NCBI GenBank assembly: GCA_903843285.1 | Contig: CAIMPC010000063.1 | Location: 4,627-68,626, forward strand | Length of the DNA stretch: 64,000 nucleotides | Direction: 5' to 3' | Source of the DNA: Candidatus Omnitrophota bacterium | GTDB taxonomy: Bacteria > Omnitrophota > Gorgyraeia > 2-01-FULL-45-10 | Part shown: positions 29,339-38,760 of the stretch, one piece after another | How the letters are laid out: every line of letters starts with the position of its first letter | How positions within the stretch are numbered: the first letter of the stretch is position 1 | Made by a program: the position numbers and the translations under genes | Notes under the pieces: model-generated | The model's input: only the letters and a program-made list of their open reading frames with translations | The model's database searches: none | What the model was told of the DNA's origin: nothing

Positions 29339-30456
29339 ATTTTCCTCGCCTCGGCGATAGCGACCTGCCCTATCGGTATCCCGTAATCGTTTGTATTGAC
29401 CGCGGATTGCGTATAAGCATCAAACCCATTCTTATTTAATAACGATAGCGCCTTCTTCTTAAGGTACATATTTTGGAAGACGCCGCCGCTTAATGCAACC
29501 TTATCTATATGAACTTTTTTGCGTAGGCGTATTGCAACATCGGTAATCACCCCGGCCATGGTATTATGAAACTTTGCCGATATAATATTACTACGCAGCC
29601 CTTTATCCATATCCGAAAGGATCCCCTTGATCGTCATAGACATATCGATTAAATACATCTCGTCCTCATACATGATATCAAATTTATAACATCCATTGCA
29701 CAATTCATCAGCTATCTTCTCAAGCTCTATCGGAAGCTCTGCTTCATAAGCCGCAAAGGCCTTAGCTAATACGATACTGGCTACGGCATCAAATAACCTG
29801 CCTGCGCTGGAGGTGAGCGGTGAGTTCATCCTCTCGTCGATCATCTTCCTTAATAACTTAAATCGTTTAACGCTAATCGTCTTCATGCAATATAGATCTG
29901 AATATGCTAGTTTTACGCCAAATGCCTTATAGAGATAGCTTACAGCCATCCGCCAGGGTTCGATCACTGCCGCATCACCCCCCGGCATGGGCACATAGCT
30001 AAAATGGGCAACTCTGGAGAAACTCTGTGCCCGGCCGATAAAAAACTCGCCGCCCCATATACAGCCATCAGGCCCATATCCTGTGCCATCAAATGCTATA
30101 CCTACCACTTCGGTCTTAATGCAATGTTCCGTGATCGCGCTGGCGATGTGTGCCTCATGGTGTTGCACATCGCAAATTTTTGCCCCCAACTCGGATGCAT
30201 GATCTCGGGCGAAACTACTGGAAAAATATGCCGGGTGAAGATCGCACACTACGATGGATGGTTTTATATTGAGCTTACTCTCGTGCGATTTTATAGCCGC
30301 CTCATATGCATTAAGATTATCAGGGTCATATAGTTCACCGAAACCATCGACCAGATATGCCCTGTCTGCCTTGGCGAGTGCGAATGCGCCCTTCATATCC
30401 GCCCCGCACGCCAGTATCGGAACCTTAACCTTAAACGGAAGTTCTACAATCTTCAT
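29329..30456 (-). CDS. hypF: HypF carbamoyltransferase, C-terminal Kae1/YgjD-like domain only (truncated HypF)
   Basis: 375 aa with ILACGADMKGAFALA, VCDLHPAY, VQHHEAHIAS, GIAFDGTGYGPDGCIWGGEF and ALSGGVFQN. It has no acylphosphatase, Zn-finger or YrdC domain, and only 110 bp of non-coding DNA lies upstream. Confidence 0.75.
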   Translation of the reverse strand: MKIVELPFKVKVPILACGADMKGAFALAKADRAYLVDGFGELYDPDNLNAYEAAIKSHESKLNIKPSIVVCDLHPAYFSSSFARDHASELGAKICDVQHHEAHIASAITEHCIKTEVVGIAFDGTGYGPDGCIWGGEFFIGRAQSFSRVAHFSYVPMPGGDAAVIEPWRMAVSYLYKAFGVKLAYSDLYCMKTISVKRFKLLRKMIDERMNSPLTSSAGRLFDAVASIVLAKAFAAYEAELPIELEKIADELCNGCYKFDIMYEDEMYLIDMSMTIKGILSDMDKGLRSNIISAKFHNTMAGVITDVAIRLRKKVHIDKVALSGGVFQNMYLKKKALSLLNKNGFDAYTQSAVNTNDYGIPIGQVAIAEARKICA

Positions 30457-30479
30457 TTCGCTCCGAGATTGTTCACTAT

Positions 30480-30530
30480 ATTATACCGCGCGGGGTTTGT
30501 AACCTGGCATATCTAACCCAGGTTAGATAT
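30480..30530 (-). promoter_or_regulatory. promoter -10 TATAAT plus upstream palindrome ATATCTAACC-CA-GGTTAGATAT in front of hypF
   Basis: A minus-strand TATAAT lies at fwd 30480-30485, about 24 nt before the start. A 22-bp near-perfect palindrome lies at 30509-30530, about 23 nt upstream of the -10. Nearly the same palindrome recurs at 59921-59941. Confidence 0.35.
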
Positions 30531-30566
30531 ATAGACAGGCATCCGCCTGCTTGTGGAGCTAAAAAC

Positions 30567-31370
30567 CTACACCACCACTATTGATATACCCTTTTGGTCG
30601 GCGAAGGATACAATCGTATCCCTGTCTATAAGGAGAGTCTTCTCTGCTTCTAAAGCGAGCGCTGTTCCCCCTGCTCTTGCTAAGGCCTCTACCGTATCGA
30701 GACCCACCAAAGGGATATCGAACCTCATATCCTGGTTGGGCCTAGCCATCTTGACAAGGACAAATCCTTTCTTCGACAGGTTACCCGCCCTGGCGATGGC
30801 TTCATCCGTCCCCTCGACCGCCTCGAGAGCAATTACGGTCTTGTTTTTAACAATAACGGTCTGGCCTATATCGAACCTGGCCAACTCTCTGGCAACAGTC
30901 TTAGCATAATCGATATCTTCCGACTCTTCTTTGTCCGGCTCCCTCTTCGTGATAATGCCTTTGGCGGGCATCAATTCCTTCAAATACGGGGTCGGATCGA
31001 TGATCTCTATCCCGAACTTCGCCAGAAATTCCGACACCTTATTAAGCATCGAGTAATCTTTATTGTCCCCGAGCTTGGTCAGCAGGGATTTTGTCTTCTC
31101 ATCGAATTTCCCGTCATCCTTAAAGAAAAGGTCTTTCTTTATTTTACCCAGAAGAACCACCTTATTTATTCTATTAGAAAGAACTGCAAATATCATCTTC
31201 TGTAAGGCTCCGAATTCGAACCAGATGAATTTATCAACATGATTTTCTAAATCGGTTGCGGTCATTCCATTAATGCCTATACCAACCACTTTATCACCAA
31301 GTCGTCTTGCGTTGTCCGCGAATATTATCGGGAGCCTTCCGGCGCCCGCCACCAAACCTATATTAGCCAT
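30567..31370 (-). CDS. lpxI: UDP-2,3-diacylglucosamine hydrolase LpxI (DUF1009)
   Basis: 267 aa with GLVAGAGRLP, DIGQTV, EAVEGTDEAIAR and DIPLVG, matching the LpxI pattern. Confidence 0.7.
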   Translation of the reverse strand: MANIGLVAGAGRLPIIFADNARRLGDKVVGIGINGMTATDLENHVDKFIWFEFGALQKMIFAVLSNRINKVVLLGKIKKDLFFKDDGKFDEKTKSLLTKLGDNKDYSMLNKVSEFLAKFGIEIIDPTPYLKELMPAKGIITKREPDKEESEDIDYAKTVARELARFDIGQTVIVKNKTVIALEAVEGTDEAIARAGNLSKKGFVLVKMARPNQDMRFDIPLVGLDTVEALARAGGTALALEAEKTLLIDRDTIVSFADQKGISIVVV

Positions 31371-31376
31371 ATATTC

Positions 31377-31874
31377 CTATTTTGCAGCATCTGGGGTAAC
31401 AAACGCAAACATCATCTCCGCCTCAGCCACAAGCTCACCGTCGACCGTGGCAATAGCGGCGCACCGCATGATACCCATCTTGGTCTTAATTATATCTACT
31501 TCCATTCTTATCGTATCTCCGGGCACAACCGGCTTGCGAAATTTCGCTTTACTGATAGATAGGAAATAGGCAAGTTTTCCGATATTCTCTTTAATATTGA
31601 GGGCTCCTACGCCCCCGGTCTGCGCCATTGCCTCCACTATCAGAACGCCGGGCATTATAGGCTGTCCCGGAAAATGTCCCTGGAAAAACAGCTCATTCAT
31701 AGTAACATTCTTAATACCCACAACTCTCTTATCGGAGACCTCTAAAATTCTGTCCACCAGCAGAAAAGGATATCTATGGGGAAGTATCTTCTGTATCATA
31801 TTAATATCTAATACCTTACCAGTTATTTCTTGAGCCTCATTTCCCATGATAGTCTCCTTTTTGTCCTCCGGCAA
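31377..31874 (-). CDS. fabZ: 3-hydroxyacyl-ACP dehydratase
   Basis: Contains [12 protein letters not shown] and [20 protein letters not shown]. The likely start is an internal Met; the N-terminal extension is doubtful. Confidence 0.9.
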   Translation of the reverse strand: MPEDKKETIMGNEAQEITGKVLDINMIQKILPHRYPFLLVDRILEVSDKRVVGIKNVTMNELFFQGHFPGQPIMPGVLIVEAMAQTGGVGALNIKENIGKLAYFLSISKAKFRKPVVPGDTIRMEVDIIKTKMGIMRCAAIATVDGELVAEAEMMFAFVTPDAAK

Positions 31875-31883
31875 TGCTCAGGA

Positions 31884-32777
31884 TTAAAAGCCCTGAGCCG
31901 GTCGGAGGGCTTTTTGAGCCTTTAATCTGTTCACCAGTTCCATATTTAGTTTATGCCCGCTCTTAATGGCGACCACATGCCCTTTTATAAATTCACCTGC
32001 CAGATACAGGTCGCCGATAAGATCAAGCACCTTATGCCTCACAGGTTCATCCGAAAACCTGAGCGTATTATTGATCGGGCCTTTCGGGCCCATCACCAAA
32101 GTATTTTCATAATTTGCGCCCTTACCCAAACCCATCTTTAATAGCTCCATGGCCTCGCGTTCAGAGCAAAAGGTTCTAGCGGGAGCTATCTCTCGTTCAA
32201 AAATATCTTCATCTACGATAGCGCTGAAAAACTGAGTGCCTATTCCCGGGTATGCCAAAGTGTAAGAGACTTTAAAATTGTCATCGGGAAATACGGCCAG
32301 CATTGCTTCCCCCGCTTTACACCAGACCGGATTATTAATCTCACGGATCTTCCTGGGTGAATCCTGTTCAACTATTCCGGAACACTTAATCGCATCCAGA
32401 AATTCCTTCGCGCTACCATCGGATCCGGGCAACTCAATATTATCAATCTCTATGGTGACATTATCTATCCCGGCTCCGGATAACGCTGCCAATAGATGCT
32501 CTGTCGTCTGGATCTGCAAAGGTCCAAAACCCAGAGTAGTCCTCCGTTCTGCCCGCTCGGACTCCGAGAGCCGATCCATCGATTGTAAATTCAGCGCAGG
32601 CTTTCCGGGCAAATCTACCCTGATAAAATTTACCCCGCTATCCGCAGGAGAACTCTTAATCGTAAGCTTTACCCTATTTCCTGTTTGGATACCTATGCCG
32701 TCAATGGTAATGATATTTTTTATTGTTCTCTGCTTTACCATCCTTAAAAGCTCCATCCTGCTTAAATATTTGTACAC
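31884..32777 (-). CDS. lpxC: UDP-3-O-acyl-N-acetylglucosamine deacetylase
   Basis: The ORF starts with GTG at 32777. The LpxC-type N-terminus MVKQRTIKNII begins at the ATG at 32741, which is the likely true start. Confidence 0.9.
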   Translation of the reverse strand: MYKYLSRMELLRMVKQRTIKNIITIDGIGIQTGNRVKLTIKSSPADSGVNFIRVDLPGKPALNLQSMDRLSESERAERRTTLGFGPLQIQTTEHLLAALSGAGIDNVTIEIDNIELPGSDGSAKEFLDAIKCSGIVEQDSPRKIREINNPVWCKAGEAMLAVFPDDNFKVSYTLAYPGIGTQFFSAIVDEDIFEREIAPARTFCSEREAMELLKMGLGKGANYENTLVMGPKGPINNTLRFSDEPVRHKVLDLIGDLYLAGEFIKGHVVAIKSGHKLNMELVNRLKAQKALRPAQGF

Positions 32778-32788
32778 TGCCGGCTAAT

Positions 32789-32822
32789 AGCAAAGCCTGC
32801 TTTTTAACGAGCAGGCTTTGCT
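32789..32822 (-). terminator. perfect 13-bp stem hairpin between skp and lpxC (attenuator/terminator-like)
   Basis: AGCAAAGCCTGCT, an 8-nt loop, then AGCAGGCTTTGCT. There is no clear U-run on the minus strand, so it may be a partial terminator or RNA-stability element. Confidence 0.3.
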
Positions 32823-32840
32823 ATTTATACCTGATATCAA

Positions 32841-33344
32841 CTACTTATTGAGTCTGGACAAGACCTCGTTAGTCAGGTCGTACTCTGTGCCGCCATAGAG
32901 AAGCATACGAGAATTCATTATGAAGTCGTAGCCATTTGACTTAGAATAGTCTGCCACAACTTTCTCTATATCCTTCAATATTAGGGCGAGCATATCGTTC
33001 CGCTCTTTCACAAGCTCATCCCTGGTCTTCTTATCAAAATCTTGCAGTATCTTTATCTTATTGTCTATAACCACCTGCTTCTCTGCTTTTGCCTTCTCCG
33101 ACAACAGGGCCTGCTCGTCTTTAAGTTTCCTTAGCTCCTCGATCATATTTGCGCGTTCGGTCTCTTTGGCCTTTCCCTTGGACTCTAAATTCTTTTCGGA
33201 ATCCTTGGTCTTCTTGTATTCGTCAAACACCTTCGCCAAATCCACATAACCTATCTTATACTCCTTTGCGGACGCTTGCGCGATACCGGAAAACATTCCG
33301 CAAACAAATATGACGGCCACTACTAATACTGCAAACTTCTTCAT
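32841..33344 (-). CDS. skp: periplasmic chaperone Skp (OmpH)
   Basis: 167 aa, signal peptide, coiled-coil K/E-rich body, downstream of bamA. An AAGGAGG Shine-Dalgarno is present. Confidence 0.8.
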   Translation of the reverse strand: MKKFAVLVVAVIFVCGMFSGIAQASAKEYKIGYVDLAKVFDEYKKTKDSEKNLESKGKAKETERANMIEELRKLKDEQALLSEKAKAEKQVVIDNKIKILQDFDKKTRDELVKERNDMLALILKDIEKVVADYSKSNGYDFIMNSRMLLYGGTEYDLTNEVLSRLNK

Positions 33345-33410
33345 CTTGCTCCTCCTTTTAATTAAACCCTTCGACTTTAATCAGGGTTAATACCGAGCCT
33401 TGTCGAAGTA

Positions 33411-35723
33411 TTAAAAACCCCTGCTCATGCTAAAATAAAACTGTCCTTCTTTTTTATCATCATAATTCGCTACTATAGGAATGCCATAGTCCAGCTTAAC
33501 CGGCCCGATTGGCGTCTTGACCCTTAATCCGATTCCGGCGCCGGATTTATAGCCCCCGCCCCATAGAAAATCGTTGGCTTTAGCCCATACATTACCCATA
33601 TCGCAGAAGACCGCACCTTTTACTATCTTCTCATATACGGGGAATGTCACTTCCGCGTTGAATATTGCAATAGCATCCCCACCTATAGGCTGATCTGATC
33701 CTGGATCTCTCGGCCCTACCACCCTCTCCTTATAGCCGCGTATCGTATTGGCTCCACCGGCAAAGAATCTCTCATATATTGGCACATCGACCGTGCCGCT
33801 ATATGCGCCGGCGGCACCGCCGCGAGCCTTGAGCTCTAATACAACCATCTCAAAGAACGAGCAGTAATAAGCCATCGTTCCGGTGCCTTTTATAAAATCC
33901 TTATCTCCGAAGAATATGCCGCCCGCATCCTCTATAGAGCCATTTACAATGAAGCCTTTGGTAGGCACATAGACGTTATCGCGCGTATCATACGTGACAT
34001 CTAGGGTAAGACTGGATACGACGTTAGATCCAACCTCTTCGCTAAGAGCCTGTGAAGCGCCATCTGCCAGATTAGATATCTTAATATCCTCTAATCTGTA
34101 TGTTAACAGCCCTTTTATGTCATCAGTGAATTCTTTTCCGAGCCTCAGGTCGCCTCCCAATCTTGTCTCATCATACGCCCATCCTATATCGTTCTGTCTT
34201 GCATGAGCCGCCCTATAGGCATCGAACCCAAACGAATACGGAGTACCAAATATCCATGGGTCAGTCCAGCTTATATTATAATCACTGCGAACCATGCCAA
34301 GCTCTGCCTTTATGCTAAGGTTCTGTCCACCACCAATGAATGTTGGGAAGTTCATTATATCGAAGTTTCTCTGTGTGATCTCAACGAATCCAACCAGCTG
34401 ATCGACCGAGCTATAACCGCCGCCGAACGAGAACTCACCCGTCTTTGTCTCTTTTACATTTACTACGAGATTCTGTACATCCGGATTATCCGTAGGCTCT
34501 GTGTCGAAAGAAACGTTTTCGAAGTATCCGAGGTTATAGAGGCGCTCCTTGGATCGCTTAATTCTATCTCCGCTAAACCTCTCGCCCGGATAGACCCTAA
34601 GCTCTCTTCTTATTACCAGCTCCCTGGTCTTCATATTTCCGCGTATATCAACCTTACCGACAAATACTGGCTCCTTGCCATCCATATTATAGATAACGTC
34701 GATTGTTCCGGCAGCTTGATTCAGGCTTCTATCCACGTCGACTATAGCGTTCATATAGCCTCTATTATAATAGAGCTGCTTAATTTCGGAAGCATCTTGC
34801 CTGATAGCTCTATTGGAGAACGGCTTGCCGGTCTTCATCGTGATCTTTGAACGTATGTCTTTCTCCGGAAGAACCAGATTACCTTTAAGCAATATTTCTC
34901 CAACCTTGTACAACATATTCTCTTTTATATTTATAACTACCTTCAGCGTCTGGCCATCCGTGCTATATTGCAGGTCTGGAACAACCTCGGCATCCAGGTA
35001 GCCTATGTCATCATATAAGGACTTGATTCTCTCCACATCCTCCTGAAGAACATCATCTTTATATACGCCGGGATTAAAAAGCCAGGCCGGTTTGGTCGAC
35101 AGAACCTTCTTTATATCATTCGTCTTTATGGCCTTATTCCCGCTTATGTTTATCGCCGAAACCTTAACTTTAGTCTTCTCATCGACCAATACGGTTACGC
35201 GGGCCTTACCAGTCTCTTTGTCGATATTTATCTCATACTTCACTTCTGTGAAAGGATACCCCTTCTTCGAATAAAAATCCTTTATCTCTGCGACATCCTG
35301 AGCGAGTAAAGCCAGATTTAACATCTCATTAGGCTTGGTCTTCATCATAGATTTCAATTTAGACGCATTAAATGCGGAATTACCCTTGAAATCTATATCC
35401 TCGACCACGGACTTTTCTTCTACCAGGAATACAACGGCAACGCCGCCGACTTCGTCTCTGACATCCACTGATACATCCGTAAAATAGTCGGTGGCATAGA
35501 GACGCTTTAGATCCTCATTAACTATCTCCTGGTTAAACGGATCCCCGGCTTTAGTCTTAACCTTGGCCAGAATACTCTCACTGCTTATGGCCTTGTTCTT
35601 TTCTATCTTCACGGCCGTTATAATCTTTGCTTCCGAGATTTGAGCGTTGATAGGACACGATGAACCAGAAAATAATATTCCTATCACGATCAGGCCAAGT
35701 GCCAGCAGCCTATTTAATTTCAT
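33411..35723 (-). CDS. bamA: outer membrane protein assembly factor BamA
   Basis: 770 aa with a signal peptide, POTRA repeats and a C-terminal beta-barrel ending in an aromatic residue. Confidence 0.9.
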   Translation of the reverse strand: MKLNRLLALGLIVIGILFSGSSCPINAQISEAKIITAVKIEKNKAISSESILAKVKTKAGDPFNQEIVNEDLKRLYATDYFTDVSVDVRDEVGGVAVVFLVEEKSVVEDIDFKGNSAFNASKLKSMMKTKPNEMLNLALLAQDVAEIKDFYSKKGYPFTEVKYEINIDKETGKARVTVLVDEKTKVKVSAINISGNKAIKTNDIKKVLSTKPAWLFNPGVYKDDVLQEDVERIKSLYDDIGYLDAEVVPDLQYSTDGQTLKVVINIKENMLYKVGEILLKGNLVLPEKDIRSKITMKTGKPFSNRAIRQDASEIKQLYYNRGYMNAIVDVDRSLNQAAGTIDVIYNMDGKEPVFVGKVDIRGNMKTRELVIRRELRVYPGERFSGDRIKRSKERLYNLGYFENVSFDTEPTDNPDVQNLVVNVKETKTGEFSFGGGYSSVDQLVGFVEITQRNFDIMNFPTFIGGGQNLSIKAELGMVRSDYNISWTDPWIFGTPYSFGFDAYRAAHARQNDIGWAYDETRLGGDLRLGKEFTDDIKGLLTYRLEDIKISNLADGASQALSEEVGSNVVSSLTLDVTYDTRDNVYVPTKGFIVNGSIEDAGGIFFGDKDFIKGTGTMAYYCSFFEMVVLELKARGGAAGAYSGTVDVPIYERFFAGGANTIRGYKERVVGPRDPGSDQPIGGDAIAIFNAEVTFPVYEKIVKGAVFCDMGNVWAKANDFLWGGGYKSGAGIGLRVKTPIGPVKLDYGIPIVANYDDKKEGQFYFSMSRGF

Positions 35724-37090
35724 ACTCTCTCCATTTCTACTTCGGCAAATTCTTCACCCCTGGATGTCAAATTCTCAAATCTCATATATTCACCGAGGAA
35801 AGCAAGGCTGAAAGACCCTGTAGGACCATTTCTCTGTTTGGCGATGATAATCTCTGCAAGCCCTCTGTTCTCTTCGGTTGGATTATAATAATATTCCCTC
35901 AATAATAGAATTACAAGATCCGCGTCCTGCTCAATAGCTCCGGATTCTCTAAGATCCGAGAGTTGGGGCCTATGGTCCTGGCGCTGTTCGACAGCGCGCG
36001 ACAACTGACTTATTGCTATGAGTGGGGTATTCAACTCTCTAGCCAAAGCCTTTAATGACCTGGATATCTCGGATATCTCCTGCTGTCTGGAATCTGCTCT
36101 GGCATGGCTCTGCATCAGCTGTAAATAGTCAAGCACTATGAGCTTTATATCAAATTGCGCCTTGAGACGTCTTGCCTTGGCACGTAACTCCAATACCGAT
36201 ATGCCGGGCGTATCATCTATGTATATGGGCGCCTCCGACAGCTTCCCGGCCGCACTGACAAGTTTAGGCCAATCAGCCTGCGAAAGAAAACCGGTCCTCA
36301 CTTTGTGGGCGTCGACCCTGGCATGCGAACATAGCATTCTTTGCACGAGCTGCTCCTTCGACATTTCAAGACTGAAGAACGCGACCGGCACTCTATCCAC
36401 AACGGCGGCATGCTCGGCTATGCATGTGGCAAGCGCACTCTTACCCATGGATGGACGCGCCGCTACTACTATAAGGTCGGATGCCTGAAATCCCGCCGTT
36501 TTTATATCGAGCTCTCTAAAACCGGTGGATATCCCCGTTACGTTTTCCTTGCGCTGATACAAATTGTCAATGGTCTCTATAGAGTTTTTTATTATATCGC
36601 GAATAGGAATGAATTTCCTGTCAACTTTACTGGACGATACTTCGAATATCATTTGCTCGGCCTTATCTACCAGGCTGTCAACGTCTTTGGAAGTATCGTA
36701 GCATTCGGTAACTATATGTGTAGCGGTGTTGATAAGCTTACGCAGGACCATCTTCTCTTTTATGATCTTAGCGTAATGTATGAAATTTGCTGAGGTAGGA
36801 ACGCTCGAGGCAAGATTTGAAACGTAATCAGGTCCGCCCGCGTCCTCCAGAGAATTTGTTTTCTTCAGTTCCTCTATTACGGTTACAAGGTCGACCCCTC
36901 TATTCTCATCGAAGAGTTTTACAACGGCGGAATATATTCTACGGTTTGCATCCTTATAGAAGCAACTCTCGCTCAGCATTTCTATGGCGAGCGGGATCAC
37001 TTCCTTATCAAGGAGCATAGCACCCAACACCGCCATCTCAGCATCTATATTCTGAGGCGGGATCTTTTCGATCATCTCTTGATTACGCAT
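35720..37090 (-). CDS. dnaB: replicative DNA helicase DnaB
   Basis: 456 aa with Walker A GARPSMGKSALA and the DnaB C-terminal RecA fold. Confidence 0.9.
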   Translation of the reverse strand: MRNQEMIEKIPPQNIDAEMAVLGAMLLDKEVIPLAIEMLSESCFYKDANRRIYSAVVKLFDENRGVDLVTVIEELKKTNSLEDAGGPDYVSNLASSVPTSANFIHYAKIIKEKMVLRKLINTATHIVTECYDTSKDVDSLVDKAEQMIFEVSSSKVDRKFIPIRDIIKNSIETIDNLYQRKENVTGISTGFRELDIKTAGFQASDLIVVAARPSMGKSALATCIAEHAAVVDRVPVAFFSLEMSKEQLVQRMLCSHARVDAHKVRTGFLSQADWPKLVSAAGKLSEAPIYIDDTPGISVLELRAKARRLKAQFDIKLIVLDYLQLMQSHARADSRQQEISEISRSLKALARELNTPLIAISQLSRAVEQRQDHRPQLSDLRESGAIEQDADLVILLLREYYYNPTEENRGLAEIIIAKQRNGPTGSFSLAFLGEYMRFENLTSRGEEFAEVEMERV

Positions 37091-37096
37091 CTTACC

Positions 37097-37540
37097 CTAT
37101 TTCTTTACTATCCAAACCCTTAGCGTTGCTTTTACCATAGGATGAACCTTAACGGCAACCTGATAGACACCCAGCTTCTTTATCTGCTCTTCTATGATTA
37201 TATTCTTCTTGTCTATATCTATGCCTTCGTCCTTAAGTCTCTCTGAAATTAACTCATTGGTGACGGAGCCGAATAGCTTATCCTCTTCGCCTGCCTCTGC
37301 GGATACAGTGAGGGATAAATTGGCGAGTCTATTGGCAATAGCTCTAGCCGCCTCAACTTTACGTTCATCTTCCGCCGCTGACTTCTTCTTTTGGGCATCC
37401 AAAAGTTTCATATTACCCTGGGTAGCGAGTCTGGCCTTATTGTTAGGGAGCAGGAAATTTCTACCATACCCATCTTTCACCGTAACGACGTCTCCGACAT
37501 GACCCAATTTATCAACATCTTTAGTAAGGATTATTTTCAT
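37097..37540 (-). CDS. rplI: 50S ribosomal protein L9
   Basis: The ORF track extends to 37624, but the L9 N-terminus MKIILTKDVDKLGHVGDVV starts at the ATG at 37540, which has a GGAG Shine-Dalgarno. Confidence 0.85.
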   Translation of the reverse strand: MKIILTKDVDKLGHVGDVVTVKDGYGRNFLLPNNKARLATQGNMKLLDAQKKKSAAEDERKVEAARAIANRLANLSLTVSAEAGEEDKLFGSVTNELISERLKDEGIDIDKKNIIIEEQIKKLGVYQVAVKVHPMVKATLRVWIVKK

Positions 37541-37544
37541 AGGG

Positions 37545-37820
37545 CTACTCCGCGACAAATGGCAATAAAGCCAATTCGCGCGCTTTCTTAATCGCTTTAG
37601 ATAACTGCCTCTGGTGCCTGGCACAGCTACCCGATATCCTGGATGGCACTATCTTGCCTTTCTCCGTCAGGAATCTCTGGAACTTTTGATAATCCAAATA
37701 ATCTATATTTTCCACTTTGTCGCCGCAGAACCTGCATGGCCTCTTTTTATAGACTTTCTTTTTAAGACCATCTTTCTTAAGAGGTTTCTTTCTTTCCGGC
37801 TTATTGAAAGGTTTAAACAT
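37545..37820 (-). CDS. rpsR: 30S ribosomal protein S18
   Basis: Contains [38 protein letters not shown]. Confidence 0.9.
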   Translation of the reverse strand: MFKPFNKPERKKPLKKDGLKKKVYKKRPCRFCGDKVENIDYLDYQKFQRFLTEKGKIVPSRISGSCARHQRQLSKAIKKARELALLPFVAE

Positions 37821-37844
37821 TCATATCTCCTATGTTATCAGTAG

Positions 37845-38324
37845 TTAAAACGGCGCATCTTCATCTGCCTGGCTGGCCGGACGCTGAATGCTTTCCACTG
37901 GAGGCACAGCTATGTCCTCGTTAAGATCTATAGTGCCCACCTCTTCGGCTCCGGAATGTCCCGGCTTACCCGAAGCCACTGCGCCTTGTTTCGCGCCTGC
38001 CCTCAGAAACTGTATATTATCAGCTATCACTTCGACCGTATTACGCTTTTGGCCATCCTGGGTCTGCCAATCTCTTGACTGAAGACGCCCTTCCACGAAT
38101 GCCGGGCTGCCTTTAGAAAGATATTCCCCGCAAAGCTCGGCCCTCTTGCCCCATACCACTATGCGAATGAACGAGGCCTGTTCCTTCTTCTCGCCCGTCT
38201 GGGTCGTATAATAGCGATTTACACCTAAAGTAAACGTCGCCACAGCTGAACCGCTCGGAATATATCGCAGCTCGGGGTCTCTGGTAAGATTCCCTATTAA
38301 CATTACCTTGTTAAGGTTTGCCAT
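37845..38324 (-). CDS. ssb: single-stranded DNA-binding protein
   Basis: N-terminus MANLNKVMLIGNLTRDPELRY, an OB fold, and an acidic C-terminal tip DEDAPF. Confidence 0.9.
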   Translation of the reverse strand: MANLNKVMLIGNLTRDPELRYIPSGSAVATFTLGVNRYYTTQTGEKKEQASFIRIVVWGKRAELCGEYLSKGSPAFVEGRLQSRDWQTQDGQKRNTVEVIADNIQFLRAGAKQGAVASGKPGHSGAEEVGTIDLNEDIAVPPVESIQRPASQADEDAPF

Positions 38325-38395
38325 TTATCCTCCTTCGCTCGCAATCTGCCTCTCAAAATAATTCACATCTTTCTATGATGAGGCTTCGGAGAAAT

Positions 38396-38677
38396 CTATC
38401 TCCTAGTGACCATCAATCTCGTTATATCGGCATTCAGTTTGCACGCAGCTTTCATCTTAGCTATAGCATCGGACGGTGCCTCAAAATCCAGCTTGTAATA
38501 ATAGGCTTCCTTAAATTTATTAACAGGGTAAGCCAGAAGTCTCTTTCCCCACGGATCTTCCTTCTTCACGGTTCCGCCGTTCTTGCCCACGAGATCACCG
38601 AGCGCCTTATATACACCTTTCAGGTCCTCTTCCTTTATGTCCGGCCTTATTATAAATATCCCTTCATACTTATTCAT
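38396..38677 (-). CDS. rpsF: 30S ribosomal protein S6
   Basis: MNKYEGIFIIRPD begins at the ATG at 38677, which has an AAGGAGA Shine-Dalgarno. The ORF-track extension to 38746 is doubtful. Confidence 0.85.
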   Translation of the reverse strand: MNKYEGIFIIRPDIKEEDLKGVYKALGDLVGKNGGTVKKEDPWGKRLLAYPVNKFKEAYYYKLDFEAPSDAIAKMKAACKLNADITRLMVTRR

Positions 38678-38760
38678 TGACTTGTTTCTCCTTACGATTC
38701 TTGAGTAATTTTCAACTAGACTACCATAACAATTATCAACTATCAACTATAAACTATACG

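Noticed and set aside
37541-37624. N-terminal extensions in the ORF track for rplI (to 37624), rpsF (to 38746), pth (to 39417), ispE (to 44196), spoVG (to 43361) and lpxC (to 32777).
   Set aside because: In each case the conserved family N-terminus begins at an internal ATG, often with a Shine-Dalgarno and abutting the upstream gene's stop. The extensions would overlap upstream genes and lack homology.
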